From an uncultured Tessaracoccus sp. (GTDB lineage Bacteria > Actinomycetota > Actinomycetes > Propionibacteriales > Propionibacteriaceae), in assembly GCF_947255005.1 (NCBI RefSeq), contig NZ_CAMYFI010000001.1:27591-91590 (forward strand): a DNA stretch of 64,000 nt. Direction: 5' to 3'. Each line of letters opens with the position of its first letter. The first letter of the stretch is position 1. Positions 1-8,940 of the stretch are shown one piece after another. Below the pieces are notes generated by a model. That model saw nothing but the letters and a program-made list of their open reading frames with translations. It was not told where the DNA came from and searched no databases. Made by a program: the position numbers and the translations under genes.

Positions 1-1
1 A

Positions 2-1402
2 GCATCGTCGTTGAGCGATATCCAGGATGCTCAACGCCGCACAGTCGACAAAGCCCACCGGTGGCAGTTCGAGATCGGAGACTGGGGGTGGATCACCGAC
101 GTCGCAGGGTTCAATATCGATCCCCGGCGCCCGTTCGTGCGTGCTGGTCTCGCCGCGTCAGTAGTGTCGCTCACGTTCCGGCTGAATACGACCGATGGCA
201 AGTTGGCGGCCAAGCTGTTGTGGCAGGACGGGCTGGGTGATCTCCGCGAACTGGGTGCGGGGATTCGCGATGGCGTGGAAGACGCCATCGACTGGACGGG
301 GGATCGCATTGAAGACGGGCTCTCCTGGGCATCCGATCAGTGGGATGAGCACGTCCAGCCACGTATCGATGCTGCTGGCGCGGCTTGGGACCGGCTGAAG
401 GATGGCATCGACAATCCTCCCCAGTGGTTTACGGATTGGGTTGAGGACGGAAAGCCCCCGTACATCTCGCAGGTGGGTGGCGAAGCCATCACCGTAGCGG
501 CACGCGGAATTGGTGTCATCGCTAACGCGATTACGGGTGAAGACCAGCACATTGCCGACGACGGACTGCCATGGACAGGTGATACGCGAGTGGCCGGAAA
601 GGGCGAAATCGCCGGCATCAATGACCTCATGGACATCACTATGGATGCCTATAACCGGGGGGACGCTGATCGCAACTCGGTGACCGTGACGGCCGTGGTC
701 GGCGCGGATGGCCAGGTTCGATACATTGCATCGATTCCAGGCACCGCGGAAAAGATGTTTACCAAGGCTGGTTGGGGAGGCGCGCCGTCGGGCCTGGACT
801 GGTCCGCCAACTTCGCCCACATTGGGGAAGGACCGACTGCTGCGACGCAGGGTGCCGCCGACGCGGTCCAGCAAGCCATCCAGCAAGACATCGAGTACCG
901 CCGCCAGCGCGGCTTGCCGGTGCCCGAGGGCAAGCCGGAACTCCTGCTCACTGGCCACTCGCAGGGCGGCATCATCGCTGGTCAGATGATCACTTCGTCG
1001 CATTATCTGGATGGCTATGACGTGAAAGGCATCGTGAGTGCTGGATCGCCCACGGAGACCCTCAACATGGACCGCAGCGTGCCCGTCACTAATTTCCAGA
1101 CGCAGTACGATCCGATCCCGAGAGCCGATCTCGACGGCAGGCGCGTCAACGGCTCGGTCGATCCCACATCGAACGTTACGAACATCACCATGCCCCATTC
1201 GGGCCAGAATGGGCCGGGCGACTACTTGCCGACGTACACTCACCAACAGACCACCTATCAGCAAGATATTGCGACTCTCAGCAGCGGCCAGGGAAGTCCT
1301 GAGAATGTGGCGGCAGTGCGTCAACTCGATGAGCAATACCGCCACTTTCTGCACGGGGACACGACGACCTACAAGACGCAGTTCGGACGGGAGTACCGTT
1401 GA
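2..1402 (+). CDS. 5'-partial alpha/beta-hydrolase (lipase/esterase-like) domain protein. The reading frame is open to the window edge, so the N-terminus lies upstream.
   Basis: Nucleophile-elbow motif LLLTGHSQGGIIAG (GxSxG, lipase class). No in-frame stop between position 2 and the first TTG at 11. The stop overlaps the start of the next ORF (GTTGATGA). Confidence 0.55.
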   Translation, partial: ASSLSDIQDAQRRTVDKAHRWQFEIGDWGWITDVAGFNIDPRRPFVRAGLAASVVSLTFRLNTTDGKLAAKLLWQDGLGDLRELGAGIRDGVEDAIDWTGDRIEDGLSWASDQWDEHVQPRIDAAGAAWDRLKDGIDNPPQWFTDWVEDGKPPYISQVGGEAITVAARGIGVIANAITGEDQHIADDGLPWTGDTRVAGKGEIAGINDLMDITMDAYNRGDADRNSVTVTAVVGADGQVRYIASIPGTAEKMFTKAGWGGAPSGLDWSANFAHIGEGPTAATQGAADAVQQAIQQDIEYRRQRGLPVPEGKPELLLTGHSQGGIIAGQMITSSHYLDGYDVKGIVSAGSPTETLNMDRSVPVTNFQTQYDPIPRADLDGRRVNGSVDPTSNVTNITMPHSGQNGPGDYLPTYTHQQTTYQQDIATLSSGQGSPENVAAVRQLDEQYRHFLHGDTTTYKTQFGREYR

Positions 1403-2184
1403 TGACCTCCACGATGCACACCGAGGGGCCGCTGCGCGTCGGGTTGGTCGGTCAGCAGGCTTGGGCAAGCGCAACCGAACTCATCACGGGCCCAGAGCTG
1501 CCGCATGTCGACGAGGACCTGCGCGATGATTGGGCGGCCGCCGGCATAGAAACCCCAGCCGGCCTCGACCCCCAGTGGGGGATCGCTCTGGAACTCACCC
1601 GCACCGCGAAGATCGCTCTCCAGCTGGTGTCGCAGTACGCAGATGTCGTGTTCGAATCATCCCTGCTCGTTGGCAACCAGGACTGCGTCGCTATCACTCA
1701 GCGGTGCAAAGTTGAGGATGGGCCGGATGGGCCGGAGGTTGTCGGCGCGCATCCCATGATCGAGGTCGCCTTGGCCCCCACCGCCCAGATATGGAGCCTC
1801 ATTCGTCGCGTACTGCCGCCGCTCGACGACGCCCGTGCGACGCCGATCCGTCCCGGTGCGGGATATGAGCCCATCGTTGTTGTGCTCGAGAATGTCCCGG
1901 ATTCCCTACGAGACGATCCTTCGGCCTTGCTTCGCAGGGTTCCTGATATGCCGGATCTTCCCGACGATGCTCGTGATGCACTGCACCCCGAGGCGAGTGT
2001 ATTTGCGATTGGTATGGCAGAGTTCCCCGACGGCACCCATCACTTCAACGACGCGTGGTCCATTGGAGCACGCGGCCTTTACCATATGGTGCCCGGCCAG
2101 CCGGGAATCGTTCGCGTACCTGCTGGCCATCTTGGCGGGAGCCTCATCCATCAGTTGGCTGATTTGACGAATGGACGGGCATGA
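1399..2184 (+). CDS. Hypothetical acidic cytoplasmic protein translationally coupled to the upstream hydrolase gene; a candidate cognate or immunity partner.
   Basis: 4-nt overlap with the upstream stop and ATGA overlap with the downstream gene. No TM segment or signal peptide. No recognisable domain. Confidence 0.45.
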   Translation: MMTSTMHTEGPLRVGLVGQQAWASATELITGPELPHVDEDLRDDWAAAGIETPAGLDPQWGIALELTRTAKIALQLVSQYADVVFESSLLVGNQDCVAITQRCKVEDGPDGPEVVGAHPMIEVALAPTAQIWSLIRRVLPPLDDARATPIRPGAGYEPIVVVLENVPDSLRDDPSALLRRVPDMPDLPDDARDALHPEASVFAIGMAEFPDGTHHFNDAWSIGARGLYHMVPGQPGIVRVPAGHLGGSLIHQLADLTNGRA

Positions 2185-2633
2185 ACGCCGTCGCGCGACG
2201 TTGGGTCATACTGGCTGCGACAGGAGGTGTACTCACCATGGGACTCTCTGGCTGTAGTGGCAGCCGCGAAACGGAACCTGACGAGACCGACTTGAATCAG
2301 CAACTCGTCGACGCTATCGAGCGAATCAACGGAGTTACTGCAACGAGCGAGTTCACCTACACGCTCGTGGGAATGTTTTTCTCGAAGAACGGATGGATCT
2401 CGGGCCGCGTCGATACCGACGCTACGTCTCGCGATGAGCTCCGCAGCATACTCGACGAGGTGGGGCGAGCTATCGTCGAGGTGCACCGAGGCAACTACCG
2501 CAACATTGAGCGGGTGACGATTGACGTCGTGGCAGCAGATCAGAAGCAGTCTCTCCGGTTTAAGGACGTCATTGACAAAGCCGTTGTGAGCGTGGATGAC
2601 ATCGCCGATTTCTACGGCATTCCCCGGCATTGA
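2181..2633 (+). CDS. Small lipoprotein
   Basis: Signal peptide with lipobox LSGCSGS. ATGA overlap with the upstream gene. Confidence 0.5.
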   Translation: MNAVARRWVILAATGGVLTMGLSGCSGSRETEPDETDLNQQLVDAIERINGVTATSEFTYTLVGMFFSKNGWISGRVDTDATSRDELRSILDEVGRAIVEVHRGNYRNIERVTIDVVAADQKQSLRFKDVIDKAVVSVDDIADFYGIPRH

Positions 2634-2662
2634 TGCGTTGCAGGCTCACCCGCAGGTAACGC

Positions 2663-3763
2663 GTGTCGACGTTGTCGGAGCGCAGGGCTAGGCTGACGCG
2701 TATGGACATGGAACAGTTGAAGGCCTTGCCGAAGGTGGCCCTGCACGAGCACCTCGACGGTGGGCTGCGAGGGCAGACCGTCATTGATCACCTCGGCGAC
2801 ATCGGTCACGAGGTGCCCTGCCTGGATGCCGACACCCTGGAAGGTTGGTTCTTCGAGCAAGCCGACTCGGGCTCGCTCACGTCCTACCTGCAAACGTTCG
2901 ACTACACCGTCGCGGCCATGCGCAACCGCGAGCACCTCATGCGTGTTGCGAAGGAGGCCGTCGAAGACCTGGCCGCCGACGGCGTCGCCTACGCAGAGCT
3001 ACGGTGGGCGCCCGAGCAGCACGTCACACGCGGTCTCACGGTCGAGCAGGCGGTCGAAGCCGTGCGCGACGGCATCGCCGACGGCGTCGCAGCGGCGCAG
3101 GCCGACGGGCGCCCGATCACCGCGCGACAGATCCTCACCTCGATGCGCCACGGTGAACCGACGTGCGACATCGCGCAGCTCGCCCTCGACTTCCGCGACG
3201 ATTCCGTCGCTGGCTTCGACATCGCAGGCGCGGAGGACGGCTTCCCCTGCACTCGCTTCGCAAAGGCCTTCGAGCACCTGCGTCGCAACAACTTTCCGTT
3301 CACGATTCACGCCGGTGAGGCGGTCGGCTCGAAGTCTGTGTTCGAGGCGATTCAGGTGTGCGGGGCGCGCCGGATCGGCCACGGTGTGCGCATCGTCGAA
3401 GACATCGACCTCACCGGCGAGCAGCCCGCGCTGGGGCGCCTCGCGCAGTACGTGCTCGACCAGCAAATCATGCTCGAGGTGTGCCCGACGTCGAACCTGC
3501 AAACAGGTATCGCAGATTCCATCGAACAGCACCCCGTCGGGCTGCTGTTCGACCTGGGCTTCAACATCTCCATCAACTGCGACAACCGCCTGATGTCCGG
3601 CACCTCCATGAGCCGCGAGTTCGCCCGCGTCTCCGAGGCCTTCGGCTGGGGCGTGGATGACTTCGAGCGCATCACCGTCGATGCGCTTCAGGCGTCGTTC
3701 CTGCACCACGACGAGAAGCTCGACCTGCTCGAGCGCGTCATCCTGCCTGGCTATGGCCACTGA
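2663..3763 (+). CDS. add: Adenosine deaminase
   Basis: N-terminal metal-binding signature LPKVALHEHLDGGLR. Length 366 aa, with family-typical HAGE and SINCDNRLMS-like motifs. Confidence 0.9.
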   Translation: MSTLSERRARLTRMDMEQLKALPKVALHEHLDGGLRGQTVIDHLGDIGHEVPCLDADTLEGWFFEQADSGSLTSYLQTFDYTVAAMRNREHLMRVAKEAVEDLAADGVAYAELRWAPEQHVTRGLTVEQAVEAVRDGIADGVAAAQADGRPITARQILTSMRHGEPTCDIAQLALDFRDDSVAGFDIAGAEDGFPCTRFAKAFEHLRRNNFPFTIHAGEAVGSKSVFEAIQVCGARRIGHGVRIVEDIDLTGEQPALGRLAQYVLDQQIMLEVCPTSNLQTGIADSIEQHPVGLLFDLGFNISINCDNRLMSGTSMSREFARVSEAFGWGVDDFERITVDALQASFLHHDEKLDLLERVILPGYGH

Positions 3764-4655
3764 CGAACTGGTGGCGGCGGCCGACGGGTCGTCGCTCAGC
3801 AATCCGGGACCGGCCGGCTGGGCCTGGTACATCGATGACACCTGCTGGGCGGCTGGTGGCTGGGAGCGCGGCACGAACAACATGGGTGAGCTCATGGCGG
3901 TGCTGCAATTGCTGCAATCCACCGCGAACAGCCCGCGCCCACTGAAGGTGCTGTGCGACTCGCAGTACGTCATCAACTCGATCACGAAATGGATGGCAGG
4001 TTGGAAGCGTAAAGGGTGGAAGAAAGCCGACGGCAAACCCGTCCAAAACGTTGAGCTCATGAAGGCCATCGACGAGGCCATGCGAGGCCGCAGCGTGTCG
4101 TTCGAGTGGGTGAAGGGGCACGCGGGGCATCGCCTCAACGAGGCCGCCGACGCCCGAGCTCGTGCCGTTGCCGAAGCGTTCCAATCCGGCCGTCGCCCAG
4201 ACGTCGGGCCAGGCTTCGACGGCGCTCCCGCCTGCAGCTCGGAGTCGGCCTTCGAAGTTGGGCAGTGTGAGGAAGAACCCGACTTGCTCACCGTCGCGGC
4301 GGAAACGGCGCCCACGAACCGCACGCCTGGCACGGCATCGTCCAGAATCAAGGGCGAGCTGTTAGCGCTCACCAAGAAGCTCGTCTCCGACGAAGTGCGC
4401 ACCGACGAGACCAAACTGAGCAAGTTGCTGCACCCCGACGTGATCTCGCACTCGGCAGATGGACAGGTCGTCGACGCAACGTATGGCGCCTGGAAACCGC
4501 TCGATGACAAGGGCTTCGAGGTGCTCGGCATCGATCAGTACGCCGACGGCGTGGTGGGCATGCGCTGGCAGCAGCGCACCAAACTGCGATTCAACCTGTG
4601 GCAGCGCACGGGCGGCGGCTGGAAGCTGCGCTTCGCGCAGGTCACGAAGCGCTGA
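3753..4655 (+). CDS. rnhA: Ribonuclease HI with a ~150-aa C-terminal NTF2/SnoaL-like extension
   Basis: RNase HI motifs DGSSLSNPGPAGWAWYI, MGELMAVLQLL, CDSQYV and WVKGHAGHRLNEAADARA. The start at ATG 3753 overlaps the add stop. The C-terminal ~150 aa resembles NTF2-like/DUF4440 folds. Confidence 0.8.
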   Translation: MATDELVAAADGSSLSNPGPAGWAWYIDDTCWAAGGWERGTNNMGELMAVLQLLQSTANSPRPLKVLCDSQYVINSITKWMAGWKRKGWKKADGKPVQNVELMKAIDEAMRGRSVSFEWVKGHAGHRLNEAADARARAVAEAFQSGRRPDVGPGFDGAPACSSESAFEVGQCEEEPDLLTVAAETAPTNRTPGTASSRIKGELLALTKKLVSDEVRTDETKLSKLLHPDVISHSADGQVVDATYGAWKPLDDKGFEVLGIDQYADGVVGMRWQQRTKLRFNLWQRTGGGWKLRFAQVTKR

Positions 4656-4662
4656 CAGCGGC

Positions 4663-5127
4663 TCAGCGGTGCGTCCACCGCTGAGCGGCTGAGATGGGCC
4701 GAGCAGGCCCGGCGCGCGTCACGAGCGTGAGATAGACCGTCGCAACGACGGCGATCCACCCCGCCATGACGGCCGGAATCAGGAAGATCCCGGCCATGTC
4801 GGCCAGCGTGTAGTGCTCCTGCTGTTCCGGGGCACCGAGAAAGTACGTCACCTGATAGGCGACAATCCCGCCGATGATGCCGATCACGAACATCGTGATC
4901 GTCCATATTGTGCCGAAGCGCGGATCACGCTTCGGGTGCTCGAGAGAAATCAACAGCCCAGCCAACCAGATGACACCGCCGGCGATCCCTGCTCCGAGGA
5001 GATGACCTTTCGCCAGGAGCTGTTGCAGCCCCCACTCAACGCCGAACAGCAACGTGAACGCCAGGCCCACCCACACAGCGACGAGCAACACCAGCAGTCG
5101 AACGATGTGTCGCATACCTTCGAGCAT
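4663..5127 (-). CDS. Small integral membrane protein (about 4 TM helices), function unknown
   Basis: Four hydrophobic helices visible in the translation. No recognisable motif. Confidence 0.5.
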   Translation of the reverse strand: MLEGMRHIVRLLVLLVAVWVGLAFTLLFGVEWGLQQLLAKGHLLGAGIAGGVIWLAGLLISLEHPKRDPRFGTIWTITMFVIGIIGGIVAYQVTYFLGAPEQQEHYTLADMAGIFLIPAVMAGWIAVVATVYLTLVTRAGPARPISAAQRWTHR

Positions 5128-5231
5128 ATGGGCAACCTGGGTTCAGGAGCCGCATCCCCGTCTTCCGCGCCTGGCAACGCGAGCTGCCCTTTCCCGCACC
5201 CCAAGCGCCTGCAGCGACTAGCATCACGAGT

Positions 5232-6098
5232 GTGAACCAGTTCCAGGAAACACTTGGCTTGCCCCTTCGCCACGCGGGAAAGGTTCGTGAGCTGTACGAC
5301 ATCCATGTCGACGGGCGCCCCTGCGTGCTGATGGTAGCCACCGACAACATCTCGGCCTTCGATCACATCCTGCCCACCCTCATCCCCAACAAAGGCGCCG
5401 TGCTGACGAAGCTCAGCTCGTGGTGGTTCAAGCAGCTCCCCGACGTTGCAAACCACCTTGTCACCGATGAGGTTCCCGACGAAGTTGCGGGCCGAGCGGT
5501 GATCGTCGAGCGCCTCGACATGGTGCCGGTCGAGTGTGTTGCCCGCGGCTACCTGACTGGATCTGGCTGGGCGGAGTACCAGGCGTCTGGCACCGTGTGC
5601 GGCATCCAGCTGCCCGACGGTCTGCGCGACGGCGACAAGCTGCCGGCCCCCATCTTCACGCCCGCGATCAAAGCCGAACTGGGTGACCACGACGAGAACG
5701 TCGACTTCGCCACCATCGCCCGTCTGCACGGGGAAGAGCTCGCCAACTCGCTGCGCGAGGCCACCTTGGACATCTATGCACGCGCAGCCGACATCGCCGC
5801 TCAGCGCGGTATCATCCTCGCCGACACGAAGCTTGAGTTCGGGCTCCGCGACGGCCAACTCGTGCTCGCCGACGAGGTGCTCACCCCGGATTCATCGCGT
5901 TTCTGGGACGCGCATGCCTGGAAGCCTGGCGCGTCGCTGCCCAACTTTGACAAGCAGTTCGTTCGTGACTGGCTGACGCACGAATCCGACTGGGACCGCG
6001 TCTCCGAGCCTCCGGCTCTGCCCGACGACGTGGTCGACGCCACGCGTGAACGCTACTTGGAGGCCTACCGGAGGATCACGGGAAGCGAGTTCGTCTGA
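5232..6098 (+). CDS. purC: Phosphoribosylaminoimidazole-succinocarboxamide synthase (SAICAR synthetase)
   Basis: GKVRELYD, VATDNISAFD and ADTKLEFG motifs. Length 288 aa. Confidence 0.9.
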   Translation: MNQFQETLGLPLRHAGKVRELYDIHVDGRPCVLMVATDNISAFDHILPTLIPNKGAVLTKLSSWWFKQLPDVANHLVTDEVPDEVAGRAVIVERLDMVPVECVARGYLTGSGWAEYQASGTVCGIQLPDGLRDGDKLPAPIFTPAIKAELGDHDENVDFATIARLHGEELANSLREATLDIYARAADIAAQRGIILADTKLEFGLRDGQLVLADEVLTPDSSRFWDAHAWKPGASLPNFDKQFVRDWLTHESDWDRVSEPPALPDDVVDATRERYLEAYRRITGSEFV

Positions 6099-6104
6099 AC
6101 CCGT

Positions 6105-7232
6105 TCAGTCGTGGAGGTCGGAGTGCAGCGCGAAGGTTCCCTCAGCTCTCCGCACGCCAGCCACCTGATGGCTCGGAATGACATCGGCGAGGAAGGCGTA
6201 GTCGTGGCGGATGTACTCGGCTTTGAGGTCGCCACCCTCAGCGCGGGCGAGTAGGCAGCGCCACCAGTCGGAAATGTCGCCCCAGCCCGGTGCCGCCAGC
6301 GAGCCACCAAACTGCTGCACTGCCAGCGACGAGCATAGAGCCGCGAACCGCAGCCGGTGCTCGAGCGTCCAACCCGCCAGCGTCCCCAGCACGAGCGCGG
6401 ACGCAAACACGTCGCCCGCGCCAGTGGCGTCGATGGCTTCGGTGGCCACCGCGGGGCAATAGGCCTCCTCGCCGGTGGTCTGGTCGATGGCGTACGCCCC
6501 GGCAACGCCGTCGGTGACGACGGCGAACGGCACGAGCTCGGCGATCTTCCGCACCGCCTGGGTGGGGGAGTCCGTGCGCGTGTACTGCATGGCCTCTACC
6601 GCGTTGGGGGTAAACGCGTGGCAGTGGCGCAACGGCCCGAGCACCGCCGGGTCCCACTTGTCCGTGTCGTCGTAGCCGATATCAGCGAACAGCAAGGTGC
6701 CGCGGGATGCCAGGGTCGGCCACCACGACGTTTCGCCAGCCAGGTCCAGCACCGCGGCCCGCGACTGCGGTGCACCTAAGATGTAGGGCTCGAGCGGGGT
6801 TGGAGGCTCGTGCATGTGCGTCACCATGGCGCGGTCGCCGTCGACGGTCATCGCCACCGTCGTCGCGGTGTGGAAGTGTTTGAACCGTGGTGACGACGTC
6901 AGGTCGATGCCTTCCCTGTCAGCCAGGGTCTCCCACAGCCAATCGGCGTAGGCATCGTCGCCGAATCCCGCGACGAGCCCGGTGCGCAGACCGAGGCGCG
7001 CGAGCGCGGTGGAGAGGTTCGCAATGCCGCCTGGGCAAGAGCCCATTCCCGACGTGTACAGTTCCTCGCCCGGCTTCGGCAGCCGGCTCAAGCCGGTGAA
7101 GATGAGGTCGAAGAAGACGGTGCCGGTGCTGAGCACGTCGAGTGGGGGATCGTCGGGGGATCGGGTGGTCCGCAGCGGGTCCCATTTCCAGCAATACTCG
7201 CAGAAGTCGTCGAGATGCTCGTGGTCGGTCAT
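6105..7232 (-). CDS. PfkB/ribokinase-family carbohydrate kinase
   Basis: C-terminal DATGAGDVFASA ATP-binding motif, GG dipeptide region, ribokinase-like length. Confidence 0.8.
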   Translation of the reverse strand: MTDHEHLDDFCEYCWKWDPLRTTRSPDDPPLDVLSTGTVFFDLIFTGLSRLPKPGEELYTSGMGSCPGGIANLSTALARLGLRTGLVAGFGDDAYADWLWETLADREGIDLTSSPRFKHFHTATTVAMTVDGDRAMVTHMHEPPTPLEPYILGAPQSRAAVLDLAGETSWWPTLASRGTLLFADIGYDDTDKWDPAVLGPLRHCHAFTPNAVEAMQYTRTDSPTQAVRKIAELVPFAVVTDGVAGAYAIDQTTGEEAYCPAVATEAIDATGAGDVFASALVLGTLAGWTLEHRLRFAALCSSLAVQQFGGSLAAPGWGDISDWWRCLLARAEGGDLKAEYIRHDYAFLADVIPSHQVAGVRRAEGTFALHSDLHD

Positions 7233-8038
7233 TCTTTCGCAGATCCTTCCAACATGCCGTCAATGAAGTACCGCTGCAGCATCAGGAATACCATGACGAT
7301 GGGAGCGGCAATGATGAGCCCGGCGGCAGCCATGAGGGCGCCGTCGGCGGTGTATTGGCCCTTGAAGACGGACAAGCCGAGCGGGGCCGTGCGCCACTCA
7401 GCACCCGGCGACATGACCAGTGGAATCATGAACTCGTTCCACGTCCACATGAACATGAGCACCGTGACCGTGGCGATCGAGCCCGTGGCGGGAGGGATGA
7501 ACACCTTGCGCAGCGCGGTGAAGCCGTTGCAGTGGTCGAGCGCGGCGGCTTCGAGCAGGCTCGGTGGCATGGCGCGGAACTGGGCGCGCATCCAGAACGT
7601 GCCGAACGCGATGGACTGGGCAACCTGCGGCATGGCCACGGCCCAGAGCGTGTCGGTGAGCTGCATCGAGCGCAGGTCGTAGAACAGGGGGATGATGATG
7701 GCCTCGGCGGGCACCATCATGCCGAACAGGAAGAGGTAGAACAGTATCGTCGAGCCCCGGAAGCGCATGGTGCCGAAGGCGTACCCCGCCAGTATCGAAA
7801 GCACGAGCGCGACGGGCACCACGAACCCTGCGACAGCGAGCGAGCGCAGCAGCGCCGGCCCGAACGCGCCCTGGTTCCAGGCGTCCACGATGTTGTGCCA
7901 GTGGGGGCCAGGTTCTGAAACACCAAGCTGTGGCGACAGCGCCGTCAGCACGATGGTGATGATCGGGAAGATGGCGAAGAGGCTGAAGAGCGTCAAAATG
8001 ACGTAGTTGAGGGCTTTCTCACCGGCGGACACCTTCAT
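7229..8038 (-). CDS. Carbohydrate ABC transporter permease (MalG-like)
   Basis: EAA loop EAAALDHCNGFTALRKVFIPP. Six TM helices. Confidence 0.85.
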   Translation of the reverse strand: MKVSAGEKALNYVILTLFSLFAIFPIITIVLTALSPQLGVSEPGPHWHNIVDAWNQGAFGPALLRSLAVAGFVVPVALVLSILAGYAFGTMRFRGSTILFYLFLFGMMVPAEAIIIPLFYDLRSMQLTDTLWAVAMPQVAQSIAFGTFWMRAQFRAMPPSLLEAAALDHCNGFTALRKVFIPPATGSIATVTVLMFMWTWNEFMIPLVMSPGAEWRTAPLGLSVFKGQYTADGALMAAAGLIIAAPIVMVFLMLQRYFIDGMLEGSAKE

Positions 8039-8937
8039 CGCGACACCTTCTTTTCCTCGCCGATGCGGTTCACCACGATGTTGATGCAGAACACCATCAC
8101 GGTGAGGAACACAGCCACGGCCGACGCGGAACCCACCTGCTTCAGCTGGAAGGCCCGGTTGTATACCTCGTAGCTCGGCACCGTCGTCGCAGTGCCCGGC
8201 CCGCCGCTGGTGGTCATGTACACCAGATCGAAGGTCTTGAGCGCGGCAATGATGGTGAGTACGAGCGACGTGGCGATCTCCGGGCGGACCGCGGGCAGCG
8301 TGATGCCGAAGAACTCACTGATCGGCCCGGCGCCATCGATGCGGGCAGCCTCGTAGAGTTCGCCGGGGATGCGGTTCATGCCCGCCAGCAGCAGCAACAT
8401 CACGAGGCCAGTTTCGAGCCAGAATCCGATGATGCCGACGGCGGTGAGCGCAAGCTTCGGGTCACCCAGCCAGCCGATGTCTGACTGGATACCGATCCAG
8501 CCGAGCATGGAGTTGAGCGTGCCGTTGGGGGTGTAGATCTGGCGCCACGCGACGGCGACCACGACGAGCGCAATCACCTGCGGCACGAAGATGAGCACCC
8601 GGTACACACCCATCCCGCGCACGTTGCCCCGTCGAAGAATGGCAGCCAGCACCAGGCCGACGATGAGCGGCAGGATGGCGTAGAACAAGATCAGGTAGAA
8701 CGCGTGGCTGATGGCGGCGAGGAACCGCTGATCAGTCACGAGCGAGGAGTAGTTGCCGAGCCCGACGAAGGTCGCGGGGCCGAACCCGCTCCACTCATAC
8801 AGCGAGAACTGGGCGGTTCGCGCCACCGGGTAGAGCAGGAATCCTCCGTAAATGAGGAGGGCCGGGAGCAGGTACAGGTACGGCGTCCACCGCCCCCGTA
8901 CCACTGCCGACGGCCGCTCCCGACCCTTCTTCGACAT
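8035..8937 (-). CDS. Carbohydrate ABC transporter permease (MalF-like)
   Basis: EAA loop EAARIDGAGPISEFFGITLP. Multiple TM helices. Confidence 0.85.
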   Translation of the reverse strand: MSKKGRERPSAVVRGRWTPYLYLLPALLIYGGFLLYPVARTAQFSLYEWSGFGPATFVGLGNYSSLVTDQRFLAAISHAFYLILFYAILPLIVGLVLAAILRRGNVRGMGVYRVLIFVPQVIALVVVAVAWRQIYTPNGTLNSMLGWIGIQSDIGWLGDPKLALTAVGIIGFWLETGLVMLLLLAGMNRIPGELYEAARIDGAGPISEFFGITLPAVRPEIATSLVLTIIAALKTFDLVYMTTSGGPGTATTVPSYEVYNRAFQLKQVGSASAVAVFLTVMVFCINIVVNRIGEEKKVSR

Positions 8938-8940
8938 CAG

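Noticed and set aside
2999-4531. 510-aa ORF on the minus strand across add and rnhA
   Set aside because: It is antisense to two well-supported genes. The composition is low-complexity Ser/Ala/Arg with no motifs, a high-GC artefact.
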